Below are positions 1 to 10,727 of a DNA stretch of 64,000 nt, piece by piece. The notes under the pieces were generated by a model that was not told where the DNA came from, made no database searches, and worked only from the letters and a program-made list of their open reading frames with translations. Position 1 is the stretch's first letter. Each line of letters opens with the position of its first letter. The DNA comes from Bispira polyomma (Eukaryota). The translations under genes and the position numbers were made by a program. The stretch spans positions 100,440,001-100,504,000 of the forward strand of contig OZ287750.1 in assembly GCA_965649765.1 (NCBI GenBank), in the 5' to 3' direction.

Positions 1-400
1 ATACAACCAATTTTTTCCAGACGTCAATACATTCATGGCATTCAAACAGGTGGTCTGAGACAGTATTAACACTTCTACAGAAGATACATTCTGGAGAGTC
101 TTTAATTTCCCACTTAAACAGATTAAAATTACAGTTAATAATTCTGTGTAATACCTTATACTGAAAGTTCTGCATGTATGTTTTTTTTTGTCACTTTAAA
201 TGGAAGCATAAAAGTGTCATTCCAGCTATGTCCTTCTAAAAAGGGGTACAGGTTTATCCAAGTTTCTATTGACGTTGGTGGCTTAGACTGTAATCTTTTT
301 AGATCATTATATATTATCTTTTATGTGAGATTACAAAGGGGCACTAGTTTGTTATTAAGCTTAACTTGAATTTCATTTGTCCACCGGTTTACAGGTATAA
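1..400 (-). mobile_element. L1/Tx1-like LINE ORF2 C-terminal fragment
   Basis: Minus-strand translation SKPPTSIETWINLYPFL...FQYKVLHRIINCNFNLFKWEIKDSPECIFCRSVNTVSDHLFECHECIDVWKK matches the FQYK.LHR...C..C......HLF.C...W zinc-binding C-terminus typical of L1/Tx1 ORF2. Confidence 0.7.
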
Positions 401-429
401 CAGCCGTTTGTTTTTGTTTTCACTGCTTG

Positions 430-952
430 GGAATCGAGCTGATAACAGAATTGTAAGTTATTTGACTTATCTTTGCATTTAATGTTAGTTTTAGGTCATT
501 TTTCTAGAATTTCACCGTTACCATCTAAAATATCTATGATTTTGATATTGTACCCAAGTTTTGTATAGTACCCATCTGGAATATTACTAATTACAACATT
601 TGATTTTGACATGTCATGTGATACTTTGACACAGCCATTAGACATAACATTAGCTACAACACTTGATTTATTAGCAATATTATCTTTCATATTATTATTT
701 TTACAACTTATTGTACACATATGTTTGTTATAATTCTCATCGGGGTGTAACTGCTGCTTTTCAACAAATTTACGTACATTCATAGCAATTACATCACTGT
801 TCTCTTTACTCTTAACTATCTGACTGTTTATGCCAACACTGGTGCTTGTAATTTCCGTAATCACTCTTGTGGGTACACTTTCCGTTGTTATATAGCTTAC
901 ACGTCACCTTGTTATCACTGCTGCTAGAAGTCGCGTTCAAGGACTGTGTGTG
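430..952 (-). mobile_element. Ngaro-like YR retrotransposon, downstream half (gag zinc finger and start of pol), split by the Gypsy insertion
   Basis: Reads TQSLNATSSSSDNKVTCKLYNNGKCTHKSDYGNYKHQCWH, homologous to ICKLFNAGKCTNKSDHGQYRHICWH in ORF 45255-45497. Left boundary is approximate. Confidence 0.75.
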
Positions 953-1764
953 TGTTACATATGGGGACATTGTGGTGTGTGGAAGAAAAACCGGTCTAGT
1001 TAGTACTAATGGTTTTACACTCTGCTGGAGTGAGCTATTTATAGATTTGGGGAAACCCCTAAGCTTCTAGAAACCGGTTCTATTTTATTTCTGAAGGTTA
1101 TTAAAGTTGTATTCATATGTATATCTCATCTCTGGAATGTCCTAGCGATTGCTTACACATTCTAGCAACCTTCTCTAGCAGTGGTATATATAAGGGTTGA
1201 CAGCCTGGCCACAGAAGAGATTTAATTGAGCTGAGGTGCTATATGAATGCTATATGAACTACTATACTGTTTGTTATATACATTTTGTGGTGAACTCATT
1301 GGAGTGAACTAGATAAAAGTTGTGGATCTACCAGAGATTGGATTTACTGCATATTGGATATTGTTTGCATCCTGGACTGGATAGCTTAGTTGTGCAGATT
1401 CTCTGGATATATACATTTTGTGTGCGTGGACGCTGAACAGATAACAGGATACAGGCATTGTGTGGACATGGAGCGGATCTCAAGACAGATTGCTGGATAC
1501 AGTGGACAAACTGGTTTAATTGTTATTTAAGTGGACAGGACTGTGGTCAGGTCAGATTGATTTCATTATTATATTATTGTGTGAGCTATTAAGGGTATCT
1601 CAGTTGATTGTAATTTTGTAATTTTGTAATTTTATAATTCTGTAATTCTGTAGTTGTTATTTTATTTGTTAAATAAATTTGTTAAGTGAAACTTTTTGTC
1701 TTTTCCTGTTACAACCTCAAAGCAACCGGTAATTGCTACCGCGCTTGCTCCCGTCACCGTAACA
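953..1764 (+). repeat. 5' LTR
   Basis: 812 bp, identical by eye to 6730-7541. TATATATAA at 1185-1193 and AATAAA at 1672-1677. Confidence 0.96.
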
Positions 1765-1771
1765 GGAAAAT

Positions 1772-1789
1772 TGGGGGCTCGTCCGGGAT
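1772..1789 (+). promoter_or_regulatory. Primer binding site, tRNA-Pro
   Basis: TGGGGGCTCGTCCGGGAT is the 18-nt complement of the tRNA-Pro 3' end, the same PBS as MLV. It lies 7 nt after the LTR end. Confidence 0.92.
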
Positions 1790-1874
1790 CTAACCATTTG
1801 ATTTAACTATTTTATAGCTTTTTGAAAAATCATTTATTTTGTTGAAAAATATATTACAGTCAACAGTGCTCAAA

Positions 1875-4800
1875 ATGGCTAGTGCTAAAGAGTTTATACA
1901 GTCACCATCTATTGAGGTTCTAGAAACTTTTAAAAAAGATATGTTAATACAGATAGCACAGGAATTACAGTTAGATGTGAAAAAGTCAACACGTAAACAT
2001 GAACTTAAAAGGCTTATTGTTGAACAGTTAGTTGATGAAGACCTTTTGCATGATAGTTGTTTAGAAGTGTATAAACCTCTGCCAATGGAACCTTCTGGGC
2101 AATTTGAGATCAGGCGATTAGAAATTGAAAGAGAGCTAAAACTTAAAGAGCTTGAAGCTCAGCAACAACAGAGAAAAGAAGAGCTCGAAGCTCAAAGGAG
2201 AAAAGAAGAGCTTGAGCTTGAGGCTCAAAGGAGAAAAGAAGAGCTTGAGGCTCAAAGGCGAAAAGAAGAGCTTGAGCTTGAGGCTCAAAGGCGAAAAGAA
2301 GAGCTTGAGGCTCAAAGGCGAAAAGAAAAGCTTGAGCTTGAGGCTCAAAGGCGAAAAGAAGAGCTTGAGCTTGAGGCTCAAAGGCGAAAAGAAGAGCTCG
2401 AAGCTCAAAAATTTGAAAAAGAGCTTGAACTTAAACATGAAAGGGAAATGAAGGCTTTGGAACTCAATGCTCGCCGAATTGCCCATGAAGAGTTCATGGC
2501 AACCAAATTTGATTTGGGTAAAAATATGCGACTGGTACCACCTTTCAGCGAGTCCGAAGTTGATAAATATTTTCAACACTTTGAACGAGTGGCTCAAAAT
2601 TTGAAATGGCCCACAAACCAATGGCCTTTATTGCTGCAAAGTGTTTTCAAAGGCAAAGCCCAAGAGGCATATACAGCTTTGCCAATTTCTGAATGTAGAG
2701 ATTATGACTGTGTGAAAAATGCTATCTTGAAAGCATATGAGTTGGTACCAGAAGCATATCGTCAAAAATTCAGAAACTATCGTAAGCAAGAAAATCAAAC
2801 TTATGTTGAATTTGCCCATGAAAAAGAAGTGTACTTTGACAGATGGTGTAATTCTAGAGAGGTTGGTACAGATTTTGAAAAGCTGAGGCAAGTCATTTTA
2901 ATTGAGGAGTTCAAAAGGGGTGTTCGTGATGACATTAAAACCTATCTGGATGAACAGAAAGTAGAAAATTTGCAAAAAGCAGCAGCTTATGCTGATGATT
3001 ATGCACTGACTCACAAGTCCACTTTTAACAAGAGTAAATCCTCTGGTCCCACAAAGAAGTTTTATCCTGAAATAGGAAAGAAATTCGAAAATGTAGCTCC
3101 AGAAAAGAGTTCCGATAAGTTTCAAACAACAAATCAGACAATGAGTAAGGATAGGAAACCTAGGTCCTTTGCTCCTGTGTGCCATTACTGTAAAAAACCT
3201 GGGCATGTTATGTCTGACTGTTGGCTCCTTAAGAAAAGGAGAGAAAAGGAGGCAACACCGAATGCTTTTATTTCTAGCAAATCTAATTGGCGTTCAAATC
3301 CCAATAGAGCAGAATCTAGTATTGGTTTAGACAAGTCTGAGATTAGGGATGAGTTCAAACCTTTTGTGTCTGAGGGTTTTGTATCCTTAGAAAGTAGTTC
3401 CAGTCAAGTTCCCATTAGGATACTAAGAGACACTGGTGCTACTCAGTCACTACTTTTAGAAGGTGTATTGCCATTGAGTGTAAGCACTTCTACTGGTGAG
3501 AGTATTATTGCTCAAGGTATTGAAGGAGGTTGTGTAAACATTCCCTTACATAAGGTCAACTTAGTATCAGACTTAGTTACTGGTTCTGTTGTGGTGGGTA
3601 CCAGGCCCACTTTACCCATTAAAGGGGTGTCTTTGCTGTTGGGAAATGATTTGGCAGGTGGCAAGGTGGTTGCTGATCCTAAGGTTACTTCTAAGCCGAT
3701 CACTTTGGTTAGCACTGAGAAATTAGAAGAGGTTATTCCTGGTATTTTTCCCTCCTGTGCTGTGACTCGAGCTATGGCTAAAAAAGCCCAAGAAGAACCA
3801 AAAGATTGTAAACAATTTGCAGATGTCTTAGTTGATTTATCAGATACATTCTTAAACAACTGTGACCATGATGTGCAAAATCATAGTGAGATTGACCCTA
3901 AAGGTAGGAAAGATTCTGGGAAACAAGACCAATTTGATGATCCAGATGTATCACTCTCAAAATCCAAATTGATTGTAGAGCAGGAAAATGACCCTGAATT
4001 AGCCGCTCTATTCAAATTGGTGTTACCACCAGTAGAGCTAGATAAGGTCCCAGTAGGCTATTATATCAGAAATGGTGTGCTTATGCGAAAGTGGAGGCCG
4101 CCAAGTGTCCCTACCTCTGAGAACTGGTCAATACTTCATCAGATTGTATTACCAAAAATGTACCAAAATGATGTATTGAGGTTAGCTCATGAGTCTCCAA
4201 TGGGTGGCCATTTAGGCATCAACAAAACCTATGGCAAAATATCCAAGCATTTCTACTGGCCTCAAATCCGGCGCTGTGTGGCAGAATTTTGTAAAACTTG
4301 TCACATTTGTCAAATTGTAGGAAAACCAAACCAAAAAATTCCTGTAGCTCCTCTAAAACCCATTCCAGCATTTGAGGAACCATTCAGCAAAGTGATAATT
4401 GATTGTGTAGGCCCCTTACCAAAGACTAAATCCAGAAACCAATATCTCCTAACCATTATGTGTGCCTCAACCAGATTCCCTGAAGCCATACCTTTGACCA
4501 ACATAACAGCCCCGAAAATCTCAAAAGCTTTAGTCAATTTCTTTACTTTAGTTGGCTTACCAAAGGAGATCCAGTCAGATCAAGGGTCAAATTTTATGTC
4601 AGGATTATTTCAGCAAGTTGTGTTTCAGCTAGGTGCCAAACAGATCAAATCTAGTGCTTATCACCCAGAATCACAAGGTGCCCTTGAAAGGTTCCATTCC
4701 ACTTTAAAAAATATGATTAGGACATATTGCTTAGACAATGAGAAAGATTGGGATGAAGGCATCAACTTATTATTGTTTGCAGTTAGGGAATCAGTGCAAG

Positions 4801-6536
4801 AGTCTTTAGGCTTTAGTCCCTTTGAGTTGGTGTTTGGTCATTCAGTCCGTGGTCCTCTCAAATTGTTGAAAGAAAATTGGTTATCCGAGAACTCTGAGAG
4901 CCTAAACCTGTTAGATTATGTTTCAAAGTTTAGGAGTAGGCTGAAAAAGGCTTGTGAGCTAGCGCAACAAAATCTGAAACATTCTCAATCAAAAATGAAA
5001 AGGCTTTATGATAGAAAGTCACAAAACCGTGTTTTTAAACCGGGCGACAAGGTTTTAGTGCTATTACCTGTCCAGGGGAACACGTTACAGGCCAGATATC
5101 ATGGGCCTTACAAAGTGTTAAAAAGAGTAGGTGATCTGGATTATGTCATTGAAACCCCGGACAGAAGGAAGTCAACCCAACTGTGTCATGTAAATATGGT
5201 AAAACCATACTTTGAAAGGGGTGTGACAAAGCCTGTCATGACTACTGACTGTAATGTGGAAAATGACAACAATCAGGAGCATGAAGCATGGGGTGACACT
5301 CCTGATGTTGAAGTTAACTGTAAAATCAGGTTGAGTAATTCAGAAATTCTTGCTGATTTGGAAACCAAACTGAATCATGTACCTCCAGATAAGAGAATCC
5401 CACTTAGTGAGTTACTCTTGAAGTATAAGTCAGTATTTCCTGATGCCCCTAACAGGACCAATGTACTCATGCATGATGTTGATGTTGGCAATGCCATTCC
5501 GGTCAAACAGCACCCATATCGGGTAAACCCGATTAAACTTGGAAAATTAAGGCAAGAAGTGCAATACATGTTGGACAAAGATATAATTGAACCAAGTCAA
5601 AGTAGTTGGGCATCTCCTTGTGTTTTGGTCCCGAAGCCTGATGGTTCTATCAGATATTGCACAGACTATAGAAAGGTTAATGTTTTGAGTAAAACCGATT
5701 CATTTCCTATCCCAAGAATGGAAGATTGTATTGATCGGATTGGTAAAGCCAAATATATCACAAAATGTGACTTATTGAAAGGTTACTGGTGTGTACCTCT
5801 TACTGAACGGGCAAAAGAAATATCAGCATTTGTAACTCCCGATGGTCTGTATCAGTACAAGGTAATGCCATTTGGCATGAAAAATTCCCAAGCTACATTT
5901 CAGAGACTAATGAATATATGTTTAAGAAACTTAGAAGGGGTTGAAGTGTATGTGGATGATATTGTCATCTTTAGTGATACTTGGGAAGGACATTTGAAAA
6001 GACTTGAACAAGTTCTATTTCAGCTCAAGCAAGCCAACCTTACTGTGAATCTATCGAAAAGTGACTTTGTAAAAGCGAAGGTTGTTTACTTAGGGCATGT
6101 AGTGGGTCATGGAGTTGTGACGCCAATTAAAGCAAAAGTTGAAAGCATCATTGACTATCCCAGTCCTAAAAATAAGAAAAGTTTAATGAGGTTTCTGGGA
6201 ATGTCAGGTTATTATAGAAAATTTTGTAAAAATTTCTCAGATGTCACTGCTCCACTGACTGAGCTCTTAAAAAAAAACGTAAAATATCACTGGTCTGAAG
6301 CATGTCAAAAAGCATTTGACAAAGTAAAGAGTGTTCTCTGTTCGGAGCCTGTATTAGCTGCTCCAACTATTGTGTACACAGATCACAACCCTTTAGTATT
6401 CTTGCACAAAATGAAAAACAAAAACAGACGTCTATTGAATTGGAGTTTGGTTTTGCAAGAATACAGTTTACAAATAGAGCATGTTAAAGGAAAGGATAAC
6501 ATTTGTGCTGATGCTCTATCAAGAAGTTGTAGTTAA
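1875..6536 (+). CDS. Gag-Pol polyprotein, 1553 aa from the first ATG
   Basis: Charged repeat; SCAN-like capsid segment LKAYELVPEAYRQKFR; CCHC knuckle CHYCKKPGHVMSDC; protease LRDTGA; integrase HHCC, D-D-E (IIDCVG, QSDQG, ALERFH) and GPY; RT CDLLKGYW...YVDD; RNase H reduced to its C-terminal part TDHNPL...ADALSR. Confidence 0.95.
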   Translation: MASAKEFIQSPSIEVLETFKKDMLIQIAQELQLDVKKSTRKHELKRLIVEQLVDEDLLHDSCLEVYKPLPMEPSGQFEIRRLEIERELKLKELEAQQQQRKEELEAQRRKEELELEAQRRKEELEAQRRKEELELEAQRRKEELEAQRRKEKLELEAQRRKEELELEAQRRKEELEAQKFEKELELKHEREMKALELNARRIAHEEFMATKFDLGKNMRLVPPFSESEVDKYFQHFERVAQNLKWPTNQWPLLLQSVFKGKAQEAYTALPISECRDYDCVKNAILKAYELVPEAYRQKFRNYRKQENQTYVEFAHEKEVYFDRWCNSREVGTDFEKLRQVILIEEFKRGVRDDIKTYLDEQKVENLQKAAAYADDYALTHKSTFNKSKSSGPTKKFYPEIGKKFENVAPEKSSDKFQTTNQTMSKDRKPRSFAPVCHYCKKPGHVMSDCWLLKKRREKEATPNAFISSKSNWRSNPNRAESSIGLDKSEIRDEFKPFVSEGFVSLESSSSQVPIRILRDTGATQSLLLEGVLPLSVSTSTGESIIAQGIEGGCVNIPLHKVNLVSDLVTGSVVVGTRPTLPIKGVSLLLGNDLAGGKVVADPKVTSKPITLVSTEKLEEVIPGIFPSCAVTRAMAKKAQEEPKDCKQFADVLVDLSDTFLNNCDHDVQNHSEIDPKGRKDSGKQDQFDDPDVSLSKSKLIVEQENDPELAALFKLVLPPVELDKVPVGYYIRNGVLMRKWRPPSVPTSENWSILHQIVLPKMYQNDVLRLAHESPMGGHLGINKTYGKISKHFYWPQIRRCVAEFCKTCHICQIVGKPNQKIPVAPLKPIPAFEEPFSKVIIDCVGPLPKTKSRNQYLLTIMCASTRFPEAIPLTNITAPKISKALVNFFTLVGLPKEIQSDQGSNFMSGLFQQVVFQLGAKQIKSSAYHPESQGALERFHSTLKNMIRTYCLDNEKDWDEGINLLLFAVRESVQESLGFSPFELVFGHSVRGPLKLLKENWLSENSESLNLLDYVSKFRSRLKKACELAQQNLKHSQSKMKRLYDRKSQNRVFKPGDKVLVLLPVQGNTLQARYHGPYKVLKRVGDLDYVIETPDRRKSTQLCHVNMVKPYFERGVTKPVMTTDCNVENDNNQEHEAWGDTPDVEVNCKIRLSNSEILADLETKLNHVPPDKRIPLSELLLKYKSVFPDAPNRTNVLMHDVDVGNAIPVKQHPYRVNPIKLGKLRQEVQYMLDKDIIEPSQSSWASPCVLVPKPDGSIRYCTDYRKVNVLSKTDSFPIPRMEDCIDRIGKAKYITKCDLLKGYWCVPLTERAKEISAFVTPDGLYQYKVMPFGMKNSQATFQRLMNICLRNLEGVEVYVDDIVIFSDTWEGHLKRLEQVLFQLKQANLTVNLSKSDFVKAKVVYLGHVVGHGVVTPIKAKVESIIDYPSPKNKKSLMRFLGMSGYYRKFCKNFSDVTAPLTELLKKNVKYHWSEACQKAFDKVKSVLCSEPVLAAPTIVYTDHNPLVFLHKMKNKNRRLLNWSLVLQEYSLQIEHVKGKDNICADALSRSCS
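2149..2430 (+). repeat. In-frame 27/33-bp minisatellite in gag encoding (EL)ELEAQRRKE
   Basis: Seven AQRRKE units plus two degenerate flanking units; core gagcttgaggctcaaaggcgaaaagaa. Confidence 0.95.
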
Positions 6537-6718
6537 AGGTTATTTTGTAGGTTAGTAACTGAAAAGTTGTAACTTGTAAAACTTAGATGTTTACTTATGG
6601 ATAATATTTGTGTAACTTAAAATATAATGTTTCATGGATCAATATGTACACTGTATGTTCACTTATGTTTTGTGTAATATGAAATTTTGTAACCCCTTGG
6701 CTTCCAAAATTTTTCTTT

Positions 6719-6729
6719 AAGGGGGGAGG
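6719..6729 (+). promoter_or_regulatory. Polypurine tract
   Basis: AAGGGGGGAGG immediately precedes the 3' LTR. Confidence 0.9.
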
Positions 6730-7541
6730 TGTTACATATGGGGACATTGTGGTGTGTGGAAGAAAAACCGGTCTAGTTAGTACTAATGGTTTTACACTCT
6801 GCTGGAGTGAGCTATTTATAGATTTGGGGAAACCCCTAAGCTTCTAGAAACCGGTTCTATTTTATTTCTGAAGGTTATTAAAGTTGTATTCATATGTATA
6901 TCTCATCTCTGGAATGTCCTAGCGATTGCTTACACATTCTAGCAACCTTCTCTAGCAGTGGTATATATAAGGGTTGACAGCCTGGCCACAGAAGAGATTT
7001 AATTGAGCTGAGGTGCTATATGAATGCTATATGAACTACTATACTGTTTGTTATATACATTTTGTGGTGAACTCATTGGAGTGAACTAGATAAAAGTTGT
7101 GGATCTACCAGAGATTGGATTTACTGCATATTGGATATTGTTTGCATCCTGGACTGGATAGCTTAGTTGTGCAGATTCTCTGGATATATACATTTTGTGT
7201 GCGTGGACGCTGAACAGATAACAGGATACAGGCATTGTGTGGACATGGAGCGGATCTCAAGACAGATTGCTGGATACAGTGGACAAACTGGTTTAATTGT
7301 TATTTAAGTGGACAGGACTGTGGTCAGGTCAGATTGATTTCATTATTATATTATTGTGTGAGCTATTAAGGGTATCTCAGTTGATTGTAATTTTGTAATT
7401 TTGTAATTTTATAATTCTGTAATTCTGTAGTTGTTATTTTATTTGTTAAATAAATTTGTTAAGTGAAACTTTTTGTCTTTTCCTGTTACAACCTCAAAGC
7501 AACCGGTAATTGCTACCGCGCTTGCTCCCGTCACCGTAACA
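6730..7541 (+). repeat. 3' LTR
   Basis: 812 bp, identical by eye to 953-1764. Confidence 0.96.
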
Positions 7542-8290
7542 GTGTGGTTGCGACCGTTAGCCATAGCCAACTGTGAAGCGTTCAATCTATTGATTGCCCA
7601 TCGTGTGCTTACCTGCCATGACAGCCTACCTTCTTTGATTTCCCAAGTTAAGGGCCCAGTCCGTTCGCATGACAAGTCATGGGAGGGATGCTGCGTCTCA
7701 CAATGCCAAAAACCAGTTGGTGTAACATGTCCATAAGAACAGTGTTGTCAGCGACCTGCAGTTCGTTTGATATCTGCCCAGCTACCTATTGTGGTAACGT
7801 AATATCATTAAAAGTTTGACCTTTTCAGCCGAACTGCCTACCCATCCCTCATTGGGCCATCTGAACAGAACATCAACCCTGGTATGGTCTGTGCTGTTAA
7901 TTTTCCCTGATTAATGCGTTAAGTCAGCTTACCTTGCAGTAATTGCCTCTGAACTGGTGATTTATACTCTGCTAGTTGACGCGATACAGTCGATTGGACA
8001 GTGGGTAGGGCCTCAGAACATCTATGTTGGGAACAATCTCATCTTGTAAATAGTCCCACTGTGTGGCCCTGAGCCATAGTGACCTGGCAACTGTCCATGG
8101 ACAGCTTTCTGGTTCAGTGAACAAAGAACCTAATACTTGTGATTTTTTAGTTTTCCTCGTCGTGGGTTTCTTTGTCTTGCGTGTCGGAGTTTTCTGAACT
8201 TCCGAAATTTCCACAGTTGACCTCTTAACAAATTACAACGTATATAGTAGGATAATTCAACATAAAACAAAACTAAAAACCCACAGTTAA
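7542..8290 (-). mobile_element. Ngaro-like YR retrotransposon, upstream half (degenerate gag)
   Basis: EIKEGRLSWQVSTRWAINRLNASQLAMAN matches EVEEGRLQWGDKTQWALNWMNAA-MAMAN (45255-45770), and DEIVPNIDVLR matches EAIVPKVDVLK. Confidence 0.75.
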
Positions 8291-9535
8291 ATCAAATTCA
8301 TGTATAAAGTTTGTATGATTTCAAAAAAATAAATTACTCGTTGCTGCTTCAATCTCAGAATGAATATGGATGTCTGAACATACTGGAACTTGAAAAAGGT
8401 GGGAAGGTTCTGGCCTTCTGATTGGCTCATGCCCAGGATAGACAGATGGTAGTAAAATGTAGTTATAATGTTCAATTTTTAAGGTAGAATTAACATAAAG
8501 GTGTTGTGGACTGAAGTAGCAGGTTCCTAAAGTAACCTTGCTCACCATATTCAAGCTTGAATACAAGAACCCAGCTTTCAATACCAGGGCGGCACTACAG
8601 GAGGGATTCCGGGTCCATTCCAAGCCTATACCCAAAGTTAGGTATCATTCAGCGTAGAATTGTTTTTACGTAATAAAAGAAAAAATGCATACTTTTTTAA
8701 TTAAGGATACTATATATTAAAAGTTTAAAGCATTTGTACTCTGCTGTTCTCTTGTATCTATATTGCCAAGTATAATAATTATTATGCAGTTTAATAAGCC
8801 AAATCCTAAATGTTTTAGTTTGTATATTATTTTTTTGTCTGTAGCTCGATGTATATTAGACACATATTATGAAGTGTATTTGCTAGAGCTCCATTGGCTT
8901 GTCTATTTTGGTTGTAATGAAATGATTTGCTGAATTTAATTGGTAATATTTGTCTTGCAACCTTATATATTAATGAGTGCAAGAGAGATAAAACTAAACT
9001 TTAATATAACATGACATGGCTGTGTCTGTGATTCTGATTAGCTCAACGCTATGGTAAAAATACCTGTATACCTATGGTTCTTCCATTAATCTTCATATAC
9101 AAAACATTGACATGTTTCCTGTTGTTTTTGTTTACAACAGCAATTGTTATAAATGCTTATATAATATTTCTATTGACATAATATTTTGTTGCGTACTGTT
9201 TATTTGTTTTAATATGTTATTGTTATTTATTTAATTTTTTTTTCTTTAAATCACTATATTAGTTTTATGACTTCACAAGCCTACTACATAAATTTGATGG
9301 AAAAGCCAAGACTAATTTTCGTCTGTACTGTATTGAAAGCCCAGTGGATATATTTCTTTTATTGACATAATTTTGCAGTAAAATGAGCTGGAATCAGGTA
9401 ATAATTTTAATTTGTCATAATATAATGACAAAGCATGGTTTACAGTACATTTTACTTTGCCTTTATGTTACTACCCCTCCAACCCGGGAAATAATTGCCG
9501 TATACCATGCTTTGTCATAGGTTATTCCTATAATA

Positions 9536-10727
9536 AACTAGACCTAGCGCATCGGAGTACCGATGCTTATTTGTATCCACCAGAAAGACAGAGCACCCTA
9601 GGTAGGAAGCACCCAAACTATGGCTACCCTCATCTGACCTTGAAGGAGGGGCCAAGGTCAAATCTGACCAAATCAGAAGATTCTCAGCCCATGATTATTT
9701 ATAAGTTGGTTTCACATTGGAAACCTGTAGGACCAATAATAAGCGAGTTATAAGCACTTTTAAGTTTGTCTATTGTCATTTGTCCTTGAAGGAGGGGCCC
9801 AAGATCCTGACCACATCAGAAGAGTCCTAGTCCATGATTTCCTATAGGTTGGTTTTGCATCTTAAAACTGTAGGACCAATAATAAGCGAGTTATAAGCAC
9901 TGTTATGTTTAACTACCCTCGTCTGACCTTGATGGAGGAGCCCAAGGTCAAGTCTGACCACATCAGAAGATTCCCAGCCCATGATTACCTAAAAGTTGGT
10001 TTCACAATGCAAACCTCTAGGACCATTAATAAGCAAGTTATAAGCACTTTTAAGGTTGGATACCTTATTTGACCTTGAATAAGGGGCCCAAGGTCAAACC
10101 TGACCACATCAGAAGATTCCCAGCCCATGATTTCCTATAAATAGGCTTCACATGCCAACCTCTAGGACCAATAATAAGCGAGTTTTAAGCACTTTCAAGT
10201 TTGGATACCTTGTTTGACCTTGAATTAGGGGCCCAAGGTCAAACCTGACCACATCAGAAGATTCCGAGCCCATTATTTCCTATAGGTGGGCTTCCCATGC
10301 CAAACCTCTAGGACCAATAATAAGGGAGATATAGACACTAGTTTGCTATGTGGGGTACTTTGGCACTCCGTGGACGACCTTGAATGAAGAACTTCAAGGT
10401 CAAATGTCTGCATGCTTGTGGAGGACATATATATCTGTTATACATATCACCTATGGAGAGATTTAACCTTCTAGTTATAGGAACCAGCCAGTAGAAAAAG
10501 GTGGATAATTTTCAAAGAAATGCTGATGGCGGCCATCTTGTTTTTGAGTATAAGGGTTATTTTCAGTCGCAGAAAAGCTTACCTCCCAGTGAAGATATCC
10601 TGCAAATTAGGTGAAGCTAACTGGTCTTGCTTTCCACTGAGAGTTTAACGGCGAAAATCTCTCTGCGGCGACGAGGGCGGCATAGCAAGTGCTAAACCAA
10701 AGTATCCACCAGATCGGTGGATACAAT
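9536..10727 (-). mobile_element. Non-autonomous Helentron-type element (HINE/DINE-1-like) with an internal ~146-bp tandem array
   Basis: On the minus strand the 5' end has subTIR plus inverted copy (TTGTATCCACC-gatct-GGTGGATAC). The 3' end has subTIR GGTGGATACAA, hairpin GCATCGG-tact-CCGATGC and CTAG-TTT. About five repeat units start near 9635, 9781, 9924, 10070 and 10215. Confidence 0.8.

Larger units (their letters stand above)
953..7541 (+). mobile_element. Gmr1-like Ty3/Gypsy LTR retrotransposon with both LTRs (gag-PR-IN-RT-truncated RH)
   Basis: Two 812-bp LTRs with TGTTAC...GTAACA ends, a 5-bp TSD GTGTG (948-952 and 7542-7546), PBS and PPT, and one ORF with integrase upstream of a Gypsy-type RT, which is the Gmr1 domain order. 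Confidence 0.96.

Noticed and set aside
2136-2621. Antisense ORF with LKLFFSPLS repeats, and the shifted-frame ORF at 2152-2451
   Set aside because: These are shadows of the gag minisatellite, whose units are multiples of 3 and lack stops.
953-7541. Integrase-before-RT order read as Copia or as a novel architecture
   Set aside because: The RT, GPY-type integrase and Gag are Gypsy-type, and this order is the established Gmr1 arrangement.
8321-8640. GC-richer stretch with short ORFs; similar ones at 10888-11127 and 47848-48200
   Set aside because: No recognisable motif and no phase-consistent splice partners found, so a gene call cannot be supported.
9635-10380. Regular repeats that superficially resemble a CRISPR array
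   Set aside because: Whole ~146-bp units repeat with no unique spacers, the context is eukaryotic, and no cas genes are present.
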